Positions 25,861 to 39,100 of a DNA stretch of 64,000 nucleotides are shown here, one piece after another. The translations under genes were made by a program, and so were the position numbers. The notes under the pieces are model-generated. The model did not search any database and was not told the DNA's origin. It saw only the letters and a list, made by a program, of their open reading frames with translations. The stretch covers positions 107,480,372 to 107,544,371 of the forward strand of contig NC_090382.1 in assembly GCF_036365525.1 (NCBI RefSeq), given 5' to 3'. Position 1 is the stretch's first letter; each line of letters starts with the position of its first letter. This stretch comes from Heterodontus francisci. Lineage: Eukaryota.

Positions 25861-28747
25861 CTCCAGAAGCACCACCTCACCTTATCTCAAAGCTGTTCTA
25901 CTCCGCAGTTTCATTTCATCCTTCGTCTTATCCAACGCATTAACAAAAAACTTTTTTCTTGCTTTCAGATGTTAAGGAATGCAAGCTCCAGAAGCTGATG
26001 GGGACTAATGGCCCTCCAGATCCTTCTTCCCCTTCACTTCCCTCTGACCCCATCCCTTCTGATCTGACCCCTTGCCATGTATTCACCATACCCTCTGACC
26101 TTCCCCTCTCTGATGCTGAACATTCTGTACTCAGCAAAGGTCTCAGTTTTATCCCCTTACGCCCCCACCTCAATGAATTTCGTGCTCGGCATGATGTTGA
26201 GCTCTTCTTCCATCGCCTTTGCCTCCGGGCTCACTTCTTTGACCAGGAGTCCTCGCCCCAATCAGTAGACCCATTTACCCGCCTCCAGCATTCTCCCTCT
26301 ACCTGGACCCCTCCCTCTGGCCTCTTAACTGTTCTTGATCTTTTCATTGAAAACTGTCGGCGAGACATTGGTCATCTCAATTTATCTGCCCCCTTCACTC
26401 ACTCTTACCTGCCCACCTCTGAACTTGCCGCATTCTGTTCTCTCAGGTCTAACCCAGACGTTGTCATTAAACCTGCAGATAAGTGTGGTGCTGTTGTTGT
26501 CTGGCGTAATGACCTTTACCTTACAGAGGCTCAGCACCAACTCTCAAACACTTCTTCCTACTTTCCCCTGGACCATGACCCCACCAGCGAACATCTAGCT
26601 ACTGTCCACAGGACTGCCATTGACTTCATCTCCTCTGGAGATCTTCCCTATACAGCTTCCAACCTCATCGTCCCGCAACCCCAGACAGCCCGCTTCTACC
26701 TCCTTCCCAAAATCCACAAACAGGACTGTCCCGGCAGACCCATTGTTTCAGCCTGTTCCTGCCCCACTGAACATATTTCTTCCCATCTTGACTCCATCCT
26801 TTCTCCCCGGTCCAGTCTCTTCCCACCTACATCCGTGACTCTTCTGACGCCTAACGTCAATTTGACAATTTCCAGTTTCCTGGCCCTAATCGCCTCCTCT
26901 TCACTATGGATGTCCAATCTCTCTACACCTCCATCCCCCATCAGGACGGTTTGAGGGCTCTCCGCTTCTTCCTTGAACAGAGGCCCAACCAGTCCCCATC
27001 CACCACCACCCTTGTTCTCACATTGAACAACTTCTCCTTCAACTCCACTCACTTCCTTCAAGTAAAAGGTGTTGCTATGGGTACCCGCATGGGTCCTAGC
27101 TATGCCTGTCTTTTTGTGGCATATGTCGAACATTTCTTGTTCCAGTCCTACTCAGGCCGCCTCCCCAACTTTTTTCTGGTACATTGATGACTGTATTGGT
27201 GCCGTTTCCTGCTCCCACCCGAACTGGAAAACTTTATCAACTTTGCTTCTAATTTCCACCCTTCTCTCACCTTTACATGGTCCATCTCCGACACTTCCCT
27301 TCCCTTCCTCAATTTCTCTGTCTCCATCTCTGGGAATGGGCTGTCTACTAATATTCATTATAAGCCCACTGACTCCCACAGCTACCTCGACTACACTTCT
27401 TCACACCCTGCCTCCTGTAAGGACTCCATTCCATTCTCCCAGTTTCTCCGTCTCCGACGCATCTGCTTTGATGATGCAACCTTTCACGGCAGTGCTTCTT
27501 GATATGTCTTCCTTTTTCCTCAACCGAGGATTCCCCCCCCACTGTGGTTGACAGGGCCCTCAACCGTGTCCGGCCCATTTCTCGCACCTCTACCCTCACC
27601 CCTTCCCCTCCCTTCCAGAACTGCAACAGAGTTCCCCTTGTCCTCACTTTCCACCCCACCAGCCTCCAGATCCAAAGGATCATCCTCCGCCACTTCCACC
27701 ACATCCAGGGTGATGCCACTACCAAACGCATCTTCCCCTCCCTACCCCTGTCAGCATTCTGAAGAGATCATTCCCTCCACGACACCCTGGTCCACTCCTC
27801 CATTAGCCCCACCACTTTGTCCCTTCCCAAGGCACCTTCCCCTGCAATCACAGGAGGTGTAATACCTGCCCATTTACCTCCTCTCTCCTCACTATCCCAG
27901 GCCCCAAACACTCCTTTCAGGTGAAGCAGTGATTTACTTGTACTTCTTTCAATGTAGTATACTGTATTCGCTGCTCACAATGTGGTCTCCTCTACACTGG
28001 GGAGACTAAACGCAGACTGGGTGACTGCTTTGTGGAACACCTCCGCTCAATCCGTAAGCATGGCCCCAAGCTTCCGGTTGCTGTCCATTTCAACACTCCC
28101 CCCTGCTCTCATGCTCACATCTCTGTCCTGGGATTGCTGTAGTGTTCCAGTGAACATCAACACAAGCTCGAGGAACAGCATCTCATTTACCGATTAGGCA
28201 CACTACAGCCTGCCGGACTGAACATTGAGTTCAATAATTTCAGAGCATAACAGGCCCCCTTTTTTATGTTTAGTAATTTTATCTTTTTTTCTTTTTTATT
28301 TGGTTATTTTATTTTAGGTTTTTTAGTGTGTTTAGTTTGTTTCTACTGTGCCTACCTACTGTTTCTGTTTTTTTTAATTTTAATATTTGTGCTTGGAGTG
28401 CTTTGTGCTTTACAATCTATTCACACCCTTTCTGCACTAACGCTGTGTCTTTCAGCACACCATTAACATACCGTTTGCCTTTGCTCCATGACCTTCTGGT
28501 CAGTTATTCTCTGTGACCTTGTCCTATCAACACCTTCTCTTTTGTTATCTTTTGCCCCACCCCCGCTTTACTTGCTTAAAATCTTTTACATTTCTAATAT
28601 TTGCCAGTTCTGAAGAAGGGTCACTGACCTGAAACGTTAACTCTGCTTCACTCTCCACAGATGCTGCCAGACCTGCTGAGTATTTCCAGCATTTCTTGAT
28701 TTTATTTCAGATTTCCAGCATCTGCAGTAATTTGCTTTTATATTATA
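25861..28747 (+). mobile_element. Penelope-like retroelement (RT plus GIY-YIG endonuclease), frameshifted
   Basis: LSKGLSFIP, VVIKPADK, RFYLLPKIHK..PGRPIVS, MDVQSLYTSIPH, GVAMGTRMGPSYA, YIDD, KPTDSHSYL, Cys-rich linker CNHRRCNTC, then NVVYCIRCSQCGLLYTGET (GIY-YIG); flanked by TGAGGTT at 25854-25860 and 28748-28754. Confidence 0.9.
28605..28645 (+). ncRNA. Minimal hammerhead ribozyme-like motif in the PLE 3' region
   Basis: AGUU-CUGAAGA-A-GGGUC(acu)GACCU-GAAA-CG-UU-AACU: conserved core boxes, 5-bp stem II, palindromic ACGU stem III, 4-bp stem I. Confidence 0.6.
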
Positions 28748-29749
28748 TGAGGTTATTCACTTTGGTAGTAAGAATAGAACCGAAGAATATTTTTTAAAAG
28801 GTGTGAAACTCGTAATTTTGATGTTCAGAAGACTTGGGTGTACTTTTTACAAAGAACACAGAATGTTAGCATGCAAGTACAGCTAGCAATTAGGAAGGCA
28901 AATGACATGTTGGACTTCATTGCAAGGAGATTGGAGTACAAGAATAAAGAGATCCTCCTGCAATTGTATAGAGCTGTAGTGAGACTACACTCGGAATACT
29001 GTGTGCAGTTTTGATTTTGCATTGGAGGGAGTACAGCGAAGGTTCACTAGATTAATCCCTGGAATGAAAGTTTTGCCCTACGATGAGAGGCTGAGAAAAT
29101 TGTGTCTATATTCTCCGCAATTTAGAAAAATGAGAGGTAATTTCATTGAGACATACAAGATTCTGAGGGGGTTTGACAGGGTAGACACTGAGAGGTTGTT
29201 TCCCCTGGTCGGGGAATCGAGAACACGTGCGGAGTTGAAAGCTGGTCTCAGTAATGGTGCTATGAAGCTATCATTGATTGTCATAAAAACCCATCTGGTT
29301 CACGAATGACTTTTAAAGAAAGAAATCTGCCAACCTCACCTGGCCTGGCCTGGCCTACATGTGACTACAGACCCACAGCAATGTGATTGACTCTTAACTG
29401 CCCTCTGAAATGGCCAAACAAACCATTTATATGCTTAGTGCAATTATGCTTGGGCAACAATTCTGGCCTTGCCAGCAATGCCCACATCACATGAAGGAAT
29501 AAAAAAAAAATTGCACCAACCTACTTCATAACCTGGGAATTATCATGGGGAATTGTGGCTGCAAATTTTCAGTGAATTATACCATTCCATCACACAAAAA
29601 GTCCCTCAAAACCCTTGGCCTACACCTACTCTCATTATTTCATCCAGTGATTACATCAGATTCTATTAAATGGAAATTCTATGGAACTGGGTAATTATTC
29701 TGCTAAAAGTCCACAACCATCTAGGACACAATTGAATAAAAACAGACAG

Positions 29750-31330
29750 ACAAGGAAGACATTAGGAGGCGTGAACAACTGCTTAGTCAAAGGGTTTTAA
29801 GGAGCATCTTAAAGGAGGAGAGAGAGCTAAAGAGGCGGAGATGTTTAGGGAGGGAATTTCAGAGTTTAGGTCCTTGGCAGCTGAAGGCACAGCCACCAGT
29901 AATTAGAATCGGGTAGGTGCAAGGAGCCAGAGTTGGAGGAGCACCGAGATCTCGGAAGGCTGTTGGGCTAGTAGAGGTTACAGAGATAGGGAGGGGTGAG
30001 GCCGTGGTGGGATTCGAAAACAAGGATGAGCATTTTAAAACCGAGGCATTGTCAGATTGGGAGTCAATGTAGGTCAGCGAGCACAGGGAGTGATAGTGAA
30101 CAAGAGTTGCTGTGTGATGGAATATAGGCATATTAGGCTTAATGAAGTAGAATTTGGAAATAGTGTATTACACCACTTAGAAGTAAAGATTGAATAAATG
30201 GCCAGTTTTCACACCTCACTGAAATTCCCCTTTAAGAAGGTAGAGTTAAATATTTCAAGGTCCCTGTTAGAATAGAATTTCTGTTGCCAGGAAATTGGAA
30301 GATAAACACACACATTGAAATATCCTGTGTGGCCTCATTAAGAGGTAGCAATAAACTTAAATGGACTTACAGGAATAAGAGGTCAAGTAAACACAATTAT
30401 AAACATTTTGACCAGATAAAATCTCACAACTTCAAATTCCAGTAAAACATTAAGTGGAAATGGTAATTAAAGATATGGATTTTAAAAGGAACACAGGAAG
30501 GTCACATAAATGCTGGAAGTCAGATGACACCTTAGAAATAGTATAAAAATGAGAGGTTTTGAAAGCCAAGTTTAGTGGTGTTGTATCCTCAAACAACACT
30601 CCTCATCCTATGCCTTGCTTGGGGAATTTAAGGTAAAAGTTTACTTTAAATTTTGATGGATATTCTAAGATAATTTTGCTGTAACATTAGCAAGGTTAAA
30701 CCTTTGGATTCTATGTTAGAAATAAGAATGTGTGATTACATCTCTTAGTAATATTTGATATTGTGATATACTTACCCACTTAAGAAGTGTATTGCATGTT
30801 AAATTCTTTAATAAATCTATAAAAGTTAATAAGTCGTCTCATGTAGTATTCTATATACAACTACAGAAACCCTCTCTCTGTGTCACTTTAAGTGGAGAGA
30901 TACGTATTGAAAAGAGTTTCCCAGACCCTTATAATAGCTGGGATATTTATGGCTTAGCCATAAATATTAAGAATAGGCTATCCAAAAGATGGTAATATTC
31001 TCTGTTGGTTTTCTTTCTTTGAGGGAAAGCCAGTACAATTCTTTGGACTCAAATAAGTGTCTCAGAATTTGTCTGGTTTGAACTTGATTAAAGGAGATTT
31101 ATAGGGATGTACTCCTGATTTGGTTTAGTCCCTATAAGGGATTAAAGTCATAAATCACTTCAGCTGCACATTCGGACATGGGCAGCAGAGTTTTGGATGA
31201 GCTGAAGTTTACAGAGGGTAGCAGATGGGAGGCCGGCCAGGGGAGCATTGGAAAGGTGGAGTCTGGAGGTAACAAAGGCATGGATGAGGGTTTCAGGAGC
31301 TGATGGATTGATGCAAGGGGAGACTGGCGA
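29750..31330. mobile_element. L2-like LINE 3' fragment interrupted by a ~1.05-kb AT-rich insertion (about 30113-31170)
   Basis: ttaaggagcatcttaaaggaggag...gggaatttcagag...gattcgaaaacaaggatgagcattttaaa; resumes ggcagcagagttttggatgagctg. Related copies at about 36880-37190, 40390-40790, 45420-45830 and 53020-53140. Confidence 0.55.
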
Positions 31331-34300
31331 TGTTACACAAGAAGGACACAGTCATGTCATTTTTTCTGACCTTTATTCTTCTGTTTCTCCTTTACAACAA
31401 ATCCAAATCTTTTTTCTTTTACAAATCACATAAATCAGAAGCCACTCTCTTAGCTCATATTAATTTCGGAGCCTTTTTCAAAATCTGCCAATCTCCTGAG
31501 ATGGATTCAGCATTGTACCACAGGCAGCAATGACGTAGGTGTTGCTTCAGGTACACAAGTCATTGCCCAGAGCCCCTTGGGAGACAGCAATGGTCATTCC
31601 TACATAAGTGTACATTCGAGGCTAATGTCCCCGTTTCTTAACCTTATCCATCAACATTAACCCAACTATAGGCCATTACCTGCAGTAAACCTATATTTAA
31701 GCGATCTTTGTTATAATGTGCAAATCTTAAGCAACACACCTTTAAAATGCAAAGCCACGCAAACTTCATCAAGTGCAGCGATGATTGGTTAACTCTGATG
31801 CAATCCATGCCAACCCAAATTAAAATGGGTTAATAATCCAGGAAAAATCTACTGCTTTTCAGAAAAATTCAAGTTATAAATTTGTCACTGCCAAAAATAT
31901 TAAAATAGCAGTTACTTTTTTAATATAAGTTGCAAATCAGCAAAAAACAAGAGCCCCTAACACTAAATCGCCAGAAACGTTGTCCACTGCAATGCACTGT
32001 TATTCAAACTCAAGATTATAAAGCAAAAATTATGCAATGATATATGTTGTTTAAAGCTGGGACGAATCCAGAGACCCATCTTGCACTGACAGAAGAATTG
32101 AGAAAATTGTTTGCCAAACTGCCCAGTTCAACAGGGACGTCCTGTAATTGGTTGATTGCTTTGGAGGCCAAGATGTTAATGAGAGTCATGGTGTGACCTG
32201 TAAGAGGTGGTGAAATAGCTTTGGGTCACTTTATATGAAGGGCAGCCAATTATCGAGCTTAGGGCTTAACTTCCCACCGTTTCAATTAAAAAGCTAACTC
32301 CGGCCACAGCTCGTTGCCTCGGCAGATTATTTGGCAGATTAACAATGCTGTTTCTGGCAAACACCCAGCGTAGGATTTGATTGGTTTAGATTTGGCGTGT
32401 TGTCTCTATGAGAGGATCAACTGGAATGAACATAGAAGAGTTTTCACCCTTGAATATATATGCAATGAGAAAGTCAAAGTTAAACCTTCTGATCTCAACA
32501 ACGGTCAAGAACATTAATGCGTTTGCAGGGAATTTGTCTGCACAGGGCCTTAAAAGCTGTACAAATTTTGTCCAAATGGAGGATTAAGGAATTTCATCCC
32601 AACCCATTAATGTGTCATCACTAATATCGCACAGCACGATCCCAACCTGAACACTGGGTGAATTAGCCTCCCTACCTACCAAGCTCCGAATGGTTGAGGC
32701 CAGTGAACATTCTTTTCACCTCCTAGTTATTGTGTTCCTGTTCTGAAAAATCCCAAATTCCCCAAATCTCTCATGCGCATCAAACCTGTCATATCTGATG
32801 GCTCCAGTCCTGAGTTTCCCAATCAACTTCCAACTCAATGCATGAGGGAGAAAGGAATAGTGTGATAGTGTGAGATGAAGTCAGGTGGGAGGATGCCCAT
32901 GTGGAACGTAAACAGTGGCATGGACCAGTTGGGTCAAATGGCCTGTTTCTGTGCTGTATATTCTATGTAAATAGTCACATATTTCCCCTCAACGTTCTCT
33001 CAAGTTTATTCTAATGCATCAATCATAGACAAAACAGCATCACTGAGAAAAACACTGAAAACCCCAAGCGAACATCTCAGTGTTTCTGCAAGGCAAGTTT
33101 TGAATCTCCATGGAAAGGCTTGCAAATTCAACTTCCTTTTTCTATGATAAACCTATTATGTTTCGCAAGTTCTTCTTAAACATCTGAACTACACCCTTTA
33201 TATTTTTCAGACTATTATGAAAGATGACAGAGCTCTATATCTCCCTGGTACACGATGCATGATTAAGCCACTAACAGTCCCTCTTAATACCACATGCTTT
33301 TGTGAATTCAATTACTTTTTCTACTAGCTTTACTCCTGTCCCATATTTGAAGTTTTGCTTCTTCACCTGGGTTTGTCGATGGAAACAATTCTGTAGGCTT
33401 TTTTTAACTAATGCCCATTCTAGAATAAATTTCAAAAGGAATTGGATATATAAATTTGAAAAGGAAAAAAAAAATGAGAGGGATATAGGGAAAGAGCTGA
33501 AGGCAATGGGACCATTTGGCACTTTCAAGGAGCAAGCACAGGCACAATGGGCCGAATAGCCTCCTTCTATGCTATAAGATTCTTGAAATGACATCTTGGG
33601 TCTACTCAACAAGAATTGGATCTCACTGGCAACTGTGCAGAAGTTCACCTTTCATCTGTGAGATTAGATAAACGTGATTTAGGCATTGTTTTTTTATTCT
33701 AGAGATACAGCACTGAAACAGGCCCTTCGGTCCACCAAGTCTGTGCCAACCATCAACCACCCATTTATACTAGTCCTACATTAATCCCATGTTCCTACCT
33801 TCCCTTAATTCCCCTACCTATACTAGGAGCAATTTACAATGGCCAATTTACCTATCAACCTGCAAGTCTTCGGCTGTGGAAGGAAACCAGAGCACCCAGC
33901 GAAAACCCACACGGTCACAGGGAGAACTTGCAAACTCCACACAGGCAGTACCCAGAATCGAACCCGGGATGCTGGAGTTCTGAGGCTGCAGTGCTAACCA
34001 CTGCACCACTGTGCTGATCTCTTACAAAGGATTGGCAAAGTCAATTTACCTTCAAAGCTACTTCATGACTGTTCTCCTGAGCGATTAAGATTTAGCAGGT
34101 GGTAGACACAAGGTGAAACTGGCTCTTTATACCATTACCCTCCTTGGTGTCTGCTTTTCACCATGACTCTGTTCTTTTTTTATACCACACGTGGTTCATC
34201 GGAGAATAGAAATATCGAGAAGACTTTGTCAAGTTTTTATTTTCATGGCCTTTAGGTCATTTTTCTTTACTAAACATCTTGTGTATGTGAAAATACAGTA

Positions 34301-36105
34301 AAAAAAAAGACAAAAGCACTGACAGCCAATAGACTCAGATTCCCAACTCTGGAATTCCGGGAGGCTTCATCACATGACCTCCTACCTCCAGCCCTGCCCC
34401 TGCACACTTCCACCATTGGTCACCCAACATGACCATCCGCACACCCATCAGGAAACAAATAGGCTCTTAGTTACCCAATTGGATGATGCTTGAGAGTCAG
34501 TAAACAGGTTTGTTATCCCATCTCCACTTCAACTAATAAAGGCTCAAACAAAATGAAAAAAAAAGACACACAGAATTATTTTGAAATATACCTATGATTC
34601 TTCCCTGGGGTTTATTTGCTCATAGCAGTGTCCTGGTGATTACTCTTTAATTTTTGAAGCCTCCAAGACAATCCTGGAAGTTTGGCAACCCTACACTAGA
34701 ACGTTCCCATTCACTGCTCATAATACAAAGACTTGTTATTGGATTGAGGCATCATTGTTAGGTCTCATGAACAGGGCAGAGGCTTGACCCTGTATTTTTC
34801 TGTCAGCCAGATATAGGTGCTTCTATTGTCCAAAATAAAACACAAGAATAAAATTCCCTCCCTTTATTGCAAAATAATTTCCCCATCTACAGTTAGCAAT
34901 CACCATTAAGTAACAGATAAAGAGATCAAAAAGCAACATTATTGTTACGCAAGTTGACTATAGGCAATACTAGCTTAAGACAAAGTGATCAATAACCAGT
35001 CATACAGTATAATCTGGATGTTTCTGTAAGGTGTGGTAAAGTTTATTTTAGGGATATAAACTGGTACTGCTATAATTGGCTCAAACCTTGAATCCCAAAA
35101 TGTGGGGATGGGGATAAACTCACTTCGTGTAAAAAAAAAAATGTAAAGGAACAACTTTTAAATTAAATTATCTACTTTTGAATTTGGATGTGGGTGTTAC
35201 TGGCAAGGCCAACATTTATTGAGCATCCTTGGTTGGTCTTTGAGAAGGTGGTGGTGTGCCTTCTTCTTGAACCACTGCAGTCTGTGTGGTGACGGTGGGT
35301 TCACCGTGCAGTTAGGGAGTTCTAGAATCACTACCCAATATAAATGAAGGAACAAAGGTTTTAAGTTCAAATCGAGATGGTGTGCATGATTAATGAACAG
35401 GTCAGTATCTAAAGGAGTTCGGCAGATTAATGTAACAGTTGGGAACAATCATCAGGATTGAGTCCAAAAAGGGTCCCAACCTCAAACCATTCCAGATGCT
35501 GTGCATCACCAGAACCTTATTATTAATCTCAGATTCCATCATCCAGTTATTCGTTTTCCCTTGTACCAGTCTAGATCCCGTTTGGATTCCTGTGATTGAA
35601 CCACACCTGTGTGACATTTTACTATTCAGGCCTCCTGCCTTTCTCAATGAAATTGTTTTTTAAAAAAGGGTTTTTTAAAGCTTGTACAGAAAGTCCTGAA
35701 ATTCCGCAGGTATTGTTCTCCCGGTCTCCTGCCGTAACTCTGGCAGGAGTTCGGCAGAAACCCTGGGCTGGGGAGCTGTTGTACGCAGCCACATTTAGAC
35801 ACTCCCCCCAGAGAATGGGATTAGAGTATCCCTATGGAATTTCCTGTGGGAATATATCCTGTTTTTTGGGAGTAAAGTGAACAATGTCAAAGCTCAGGGA
35901 AATTTGTTTCTCTGTTAAAACACCAGGAAGGACAAATCTTTAGCAAGGATGGGAAGTACATTATCCAGGTAAAGGACCAGCTCTTAACAGTTATTGATCA
36001 TACCCTAGGTTAATTTAAAAAATCAGTATTTGCAATTAATGTATGATTGTGGAGCGAAGCCAGTCAGGATGTGCTTGTCTGTCCACCATGACTCCATCTT
36101 CAGCC

Positions 36106-36113
36106 TTAATCCA
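36106..36113 (-). CDS. CD74: CD74 last coding exon (…M-D-stop), followed by 3' UTR towards lower coordinates
   Basis: Acceptor ctatttctgtttcattacag|TG GAT TAA; a tiny terminal coding piece as in mammalian CD74. PolyA site not determined. Confidence 0.65.
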
Positions 36114-39100
36114 CTGTAATGAAACAGAAATAGTTTACGTGAGTTTAAAAATTACTCCCAAAATGTTGCTGTTTCAACAATTTTCTTAGCATCAGTTTCT
36201 TCTGGATTCTGTATGCAAACATTTTGTAAAGGTGTTTGCAAAAGAAAGAGTTGCATTCTATGCAGCGTCTTTCACGACCTCAGAACATCCCAAAACGCTT
36301 CACAGACGATGAAGTACTTTCGAAGTGTAGTCACTGTTGTAATATAGGAAATGCAGCAGCCAATCTGTGCACAGCAAGATCCCACGAACAGCAACGTGAT
36401 AATGACCAAATAATCCCAGTTTTACTGATGTTGCTTGACGGGTAAATATTGACAACAACACTAGGAATAACCCCCCTTGCTCTTGTTTAAAATAGTGCCA
36501 CGGGATTTTTTTACATTCAGCTGCGAGAGCAGATGGGGCCTTGATTTAACATCTCATCTAGGAAACAGCACCTACAACAGGGCAGCACTAGGAGTTTCAG
36601 CCTGGATTTTGTGCTCAATTTTCAGGATGAGAAAATGAACTCACAACCTTCTGACTGAGAGTCAAGAGTGTGACCCGTTGAGCTACAGATGACACAAATG
36701 CCCCACTTAGGTATTTCATTTGGACTGTGTTTGCATTTTCCATTGCCCACTAAGCATAAAGCTTTTGTGACACATTTACAATATTATCACTAATAGTGAG
36801 CAGAACAATTCCTTTCCCTATCCGCTAACACCCCACTCGCACTCCCGCCTTCCAGGGTTAAATTAGGAGGCCAGGTTGCACAGATAAGGATGGAAATTTT
36901 AAAATCAAAACATTGCTTAACTAGGAGCCAATGTCAGTCAGCAAGCAAAGGGGTCACTGGTGAATGGGAGTTGATGCAGGTTAGGAGGTAGGCAGCAGAG
37001 TTTTTGATGAGCTCAAGTGCAAAGGAGGGAAGATTGAAACAGCATTATACCATTCGCAATAGCTTGCTTGAGCATTAGAATGGTCATAACTAGAGGCATA
37101 AAAAGGAAATAGATGCAGTTTTCAGCAGTAGATGAGTAGAGGCAGGACAGATATGGGTGATATTACAGAGGTGGAAGTAGGCTGTCTAATTCATCCAATA
37201 AGGAATTCAGGAGAAACTTTTTTTTATTTGTTCCTGGGATGTGAGCATCGCTGGCCAGGCCAGTTTCTATTGCCCATCCCTAATTGCCATTGAGAAGGCA
37301 GTGGTGAGCTGCCTTCTTGAACCCCTGCAGTCCATGTGGGGTAGGTACACCCACAGTGCTGTTAGGAAGGGAGTTCCAAGATTTTGACCCAGCGACACCG
37401 AAGGAACGGTGATATCATTCCAAGTCAGGATGGTGTGAGGCTTATAGGGGAACTCACAGGTGGTGGTGTTCGCATCCACCTACTGCCCTGTCCTTCTAGG
37501 TGGTAGAGGTTGGGGGTTTGGAAGGTGCTGTCGAATGAGGCTTGGTGAGTTATGCAGAGTGGTTAGAACGTGGAACTTGCTATCTCGTGGAATAGTTGAG
37601 GCGAAATACCATAGATGTATTTAAAGGGAAACTAGATATGCACATGAAGGAGGAAGGAATAGAAGGAGATGCTGATAGTTTGAGATAAAATGAATGGCAC
37701 AAGACGAGGTTCATGGGGAATATAAATAGTGCATGGACCCTTTGGGCCAAATGGCCTCTTTCTGTGCTGCAAATTGTAAGTAACTTGAGGAACTTGTTAA
37801 AAAAAATCACTGGTTACTTACTTGCTGCCAAACCAGACATGTTCATATCATTAGCCTTTCTATAGCCTGAAGATTGAAAGAAACCATAACTGAACATGAG
37901 AAACTAACATTGCAAATAAAAGTGATAACTTGTTAGAACTTCAATAAAATCCAGTCTGCTCTAGGCAAGGTCCAATTCCTGATACACTATACATTTGAAT
38001 CTTTGATAGTGGAGGACAGTTGAATAATTTGAAGTTGAATCTATTTGGGGATCAGGGAACATTTATATAGAATGTTCCCTGAGGAACATAAATAGGTGGG
38101 TTGAACTCATGATAGAGTAGAGTGTACAAAGCCTGTGGCAAGAGATTGCTGGGTGGGTAGAGTCCATGATAGGGTAGAGTGTGCATGGGCTGTGGGAGGA
38201 ATAGGAGTAATGGATTGAATAGGCTTTTCCCAATCCATGCTTCATTCAGTTCTTTTGTTAGTGCATGTACAAGTGCAATAGTTCTTCCTAGTCTGGTGGC
38301 ATTGTAGCACCAAGTGGTTGTACAATCCGCAGACTGTAACACAAGTGTGCAGTGGCTCTACCCTTGTATCTCTGCAGGCAAATCTTTGCAAGATTACAGA
38401 ATGGTTTCACTGACACAATGGAGTATATGTGAGCTACAGTTTCAGTATTTGGATATGCACGTCACAGGCCTGAAGACAAGCATTGAAGAGTTGAAGAAAA
38501 TCCAGCTCTAGTCTAGGCTTTGGACCAAATGCTGGAAGGTGGGATTAGAATAGATGGATTGGTTACTGGTCGGCACAGACACGATGGGCCAAGTGGCCTC
38601 TTTCTGTGCCTTAAACTTTCTATGATTCTATTCAAGAGTCCAAATCATCCTAAAGGCCATCCTCAAAATGTATTCTGCTGGTTGCCATGGGCTGCAGTAG
38701 CATTTTGGGGTTCACTGTAATTGGCCTCAGTAGCTAAGAGTTTTCACTCCTGATCCCTGTTGGGTGACTTCTTCTGGAAGGTTCCAATGCATGGGCCTTG
38801 TGCGTGCCTGTCATTGGGCGTGGCTGAATTTGTATTCCCCTGAGGGGTGATCTGATTGAGGTGTTTAAAATTATTTGATGGGGTAAATACAGAGAAACTA
38901 TTGATCCTGATGGTGGGTGGGGGGAATCAAGAACAAGGGATCATAATCTTTAAAATTATAGCAAGACACATTTAGGAGTGAAATCAGCAAGAACATCTTC
39001 ACACAAAGAGTAGTGGAAATCTGGTACAGTCTCCCTACTAAATGTTGTGGATGTTGGGGGCCAATTGGAGCTTTCAAGTCGAAGACAGAGTTTTTTAAGG

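Larger units (their letters stand above)
25370..29230 (+). mobile_element. CR1 fragment split by the Penelope-like insertion
   Basis: PHRRLIRKIMAHG...VTSGVPQGSVLGP...LQRDIDRLS up to 25860; resumes at 28748 (gaggttattcactttgg...LEGVQRRFTRLIPGM). Confidence 0.8.

Noticed and set aside
33195-33250. Plus-strand micro-exon (tatttttcag|ACTATTATG...CCCTG|gtacac) of a convergent neighbouring gene
   Set aside because: No partner exons or recognisable protein similarity; unsupported without RNA data.
35402-35647. Minus-strand ORF with a possible acceptor (tcaatcacag|GAATCC...) as an alternative CD74 last exon
   Set aside because: The sequence resembles a degraded CR1 3' end, has no CD74 similarity, and 36106-36113 has a much stronger acceptor.
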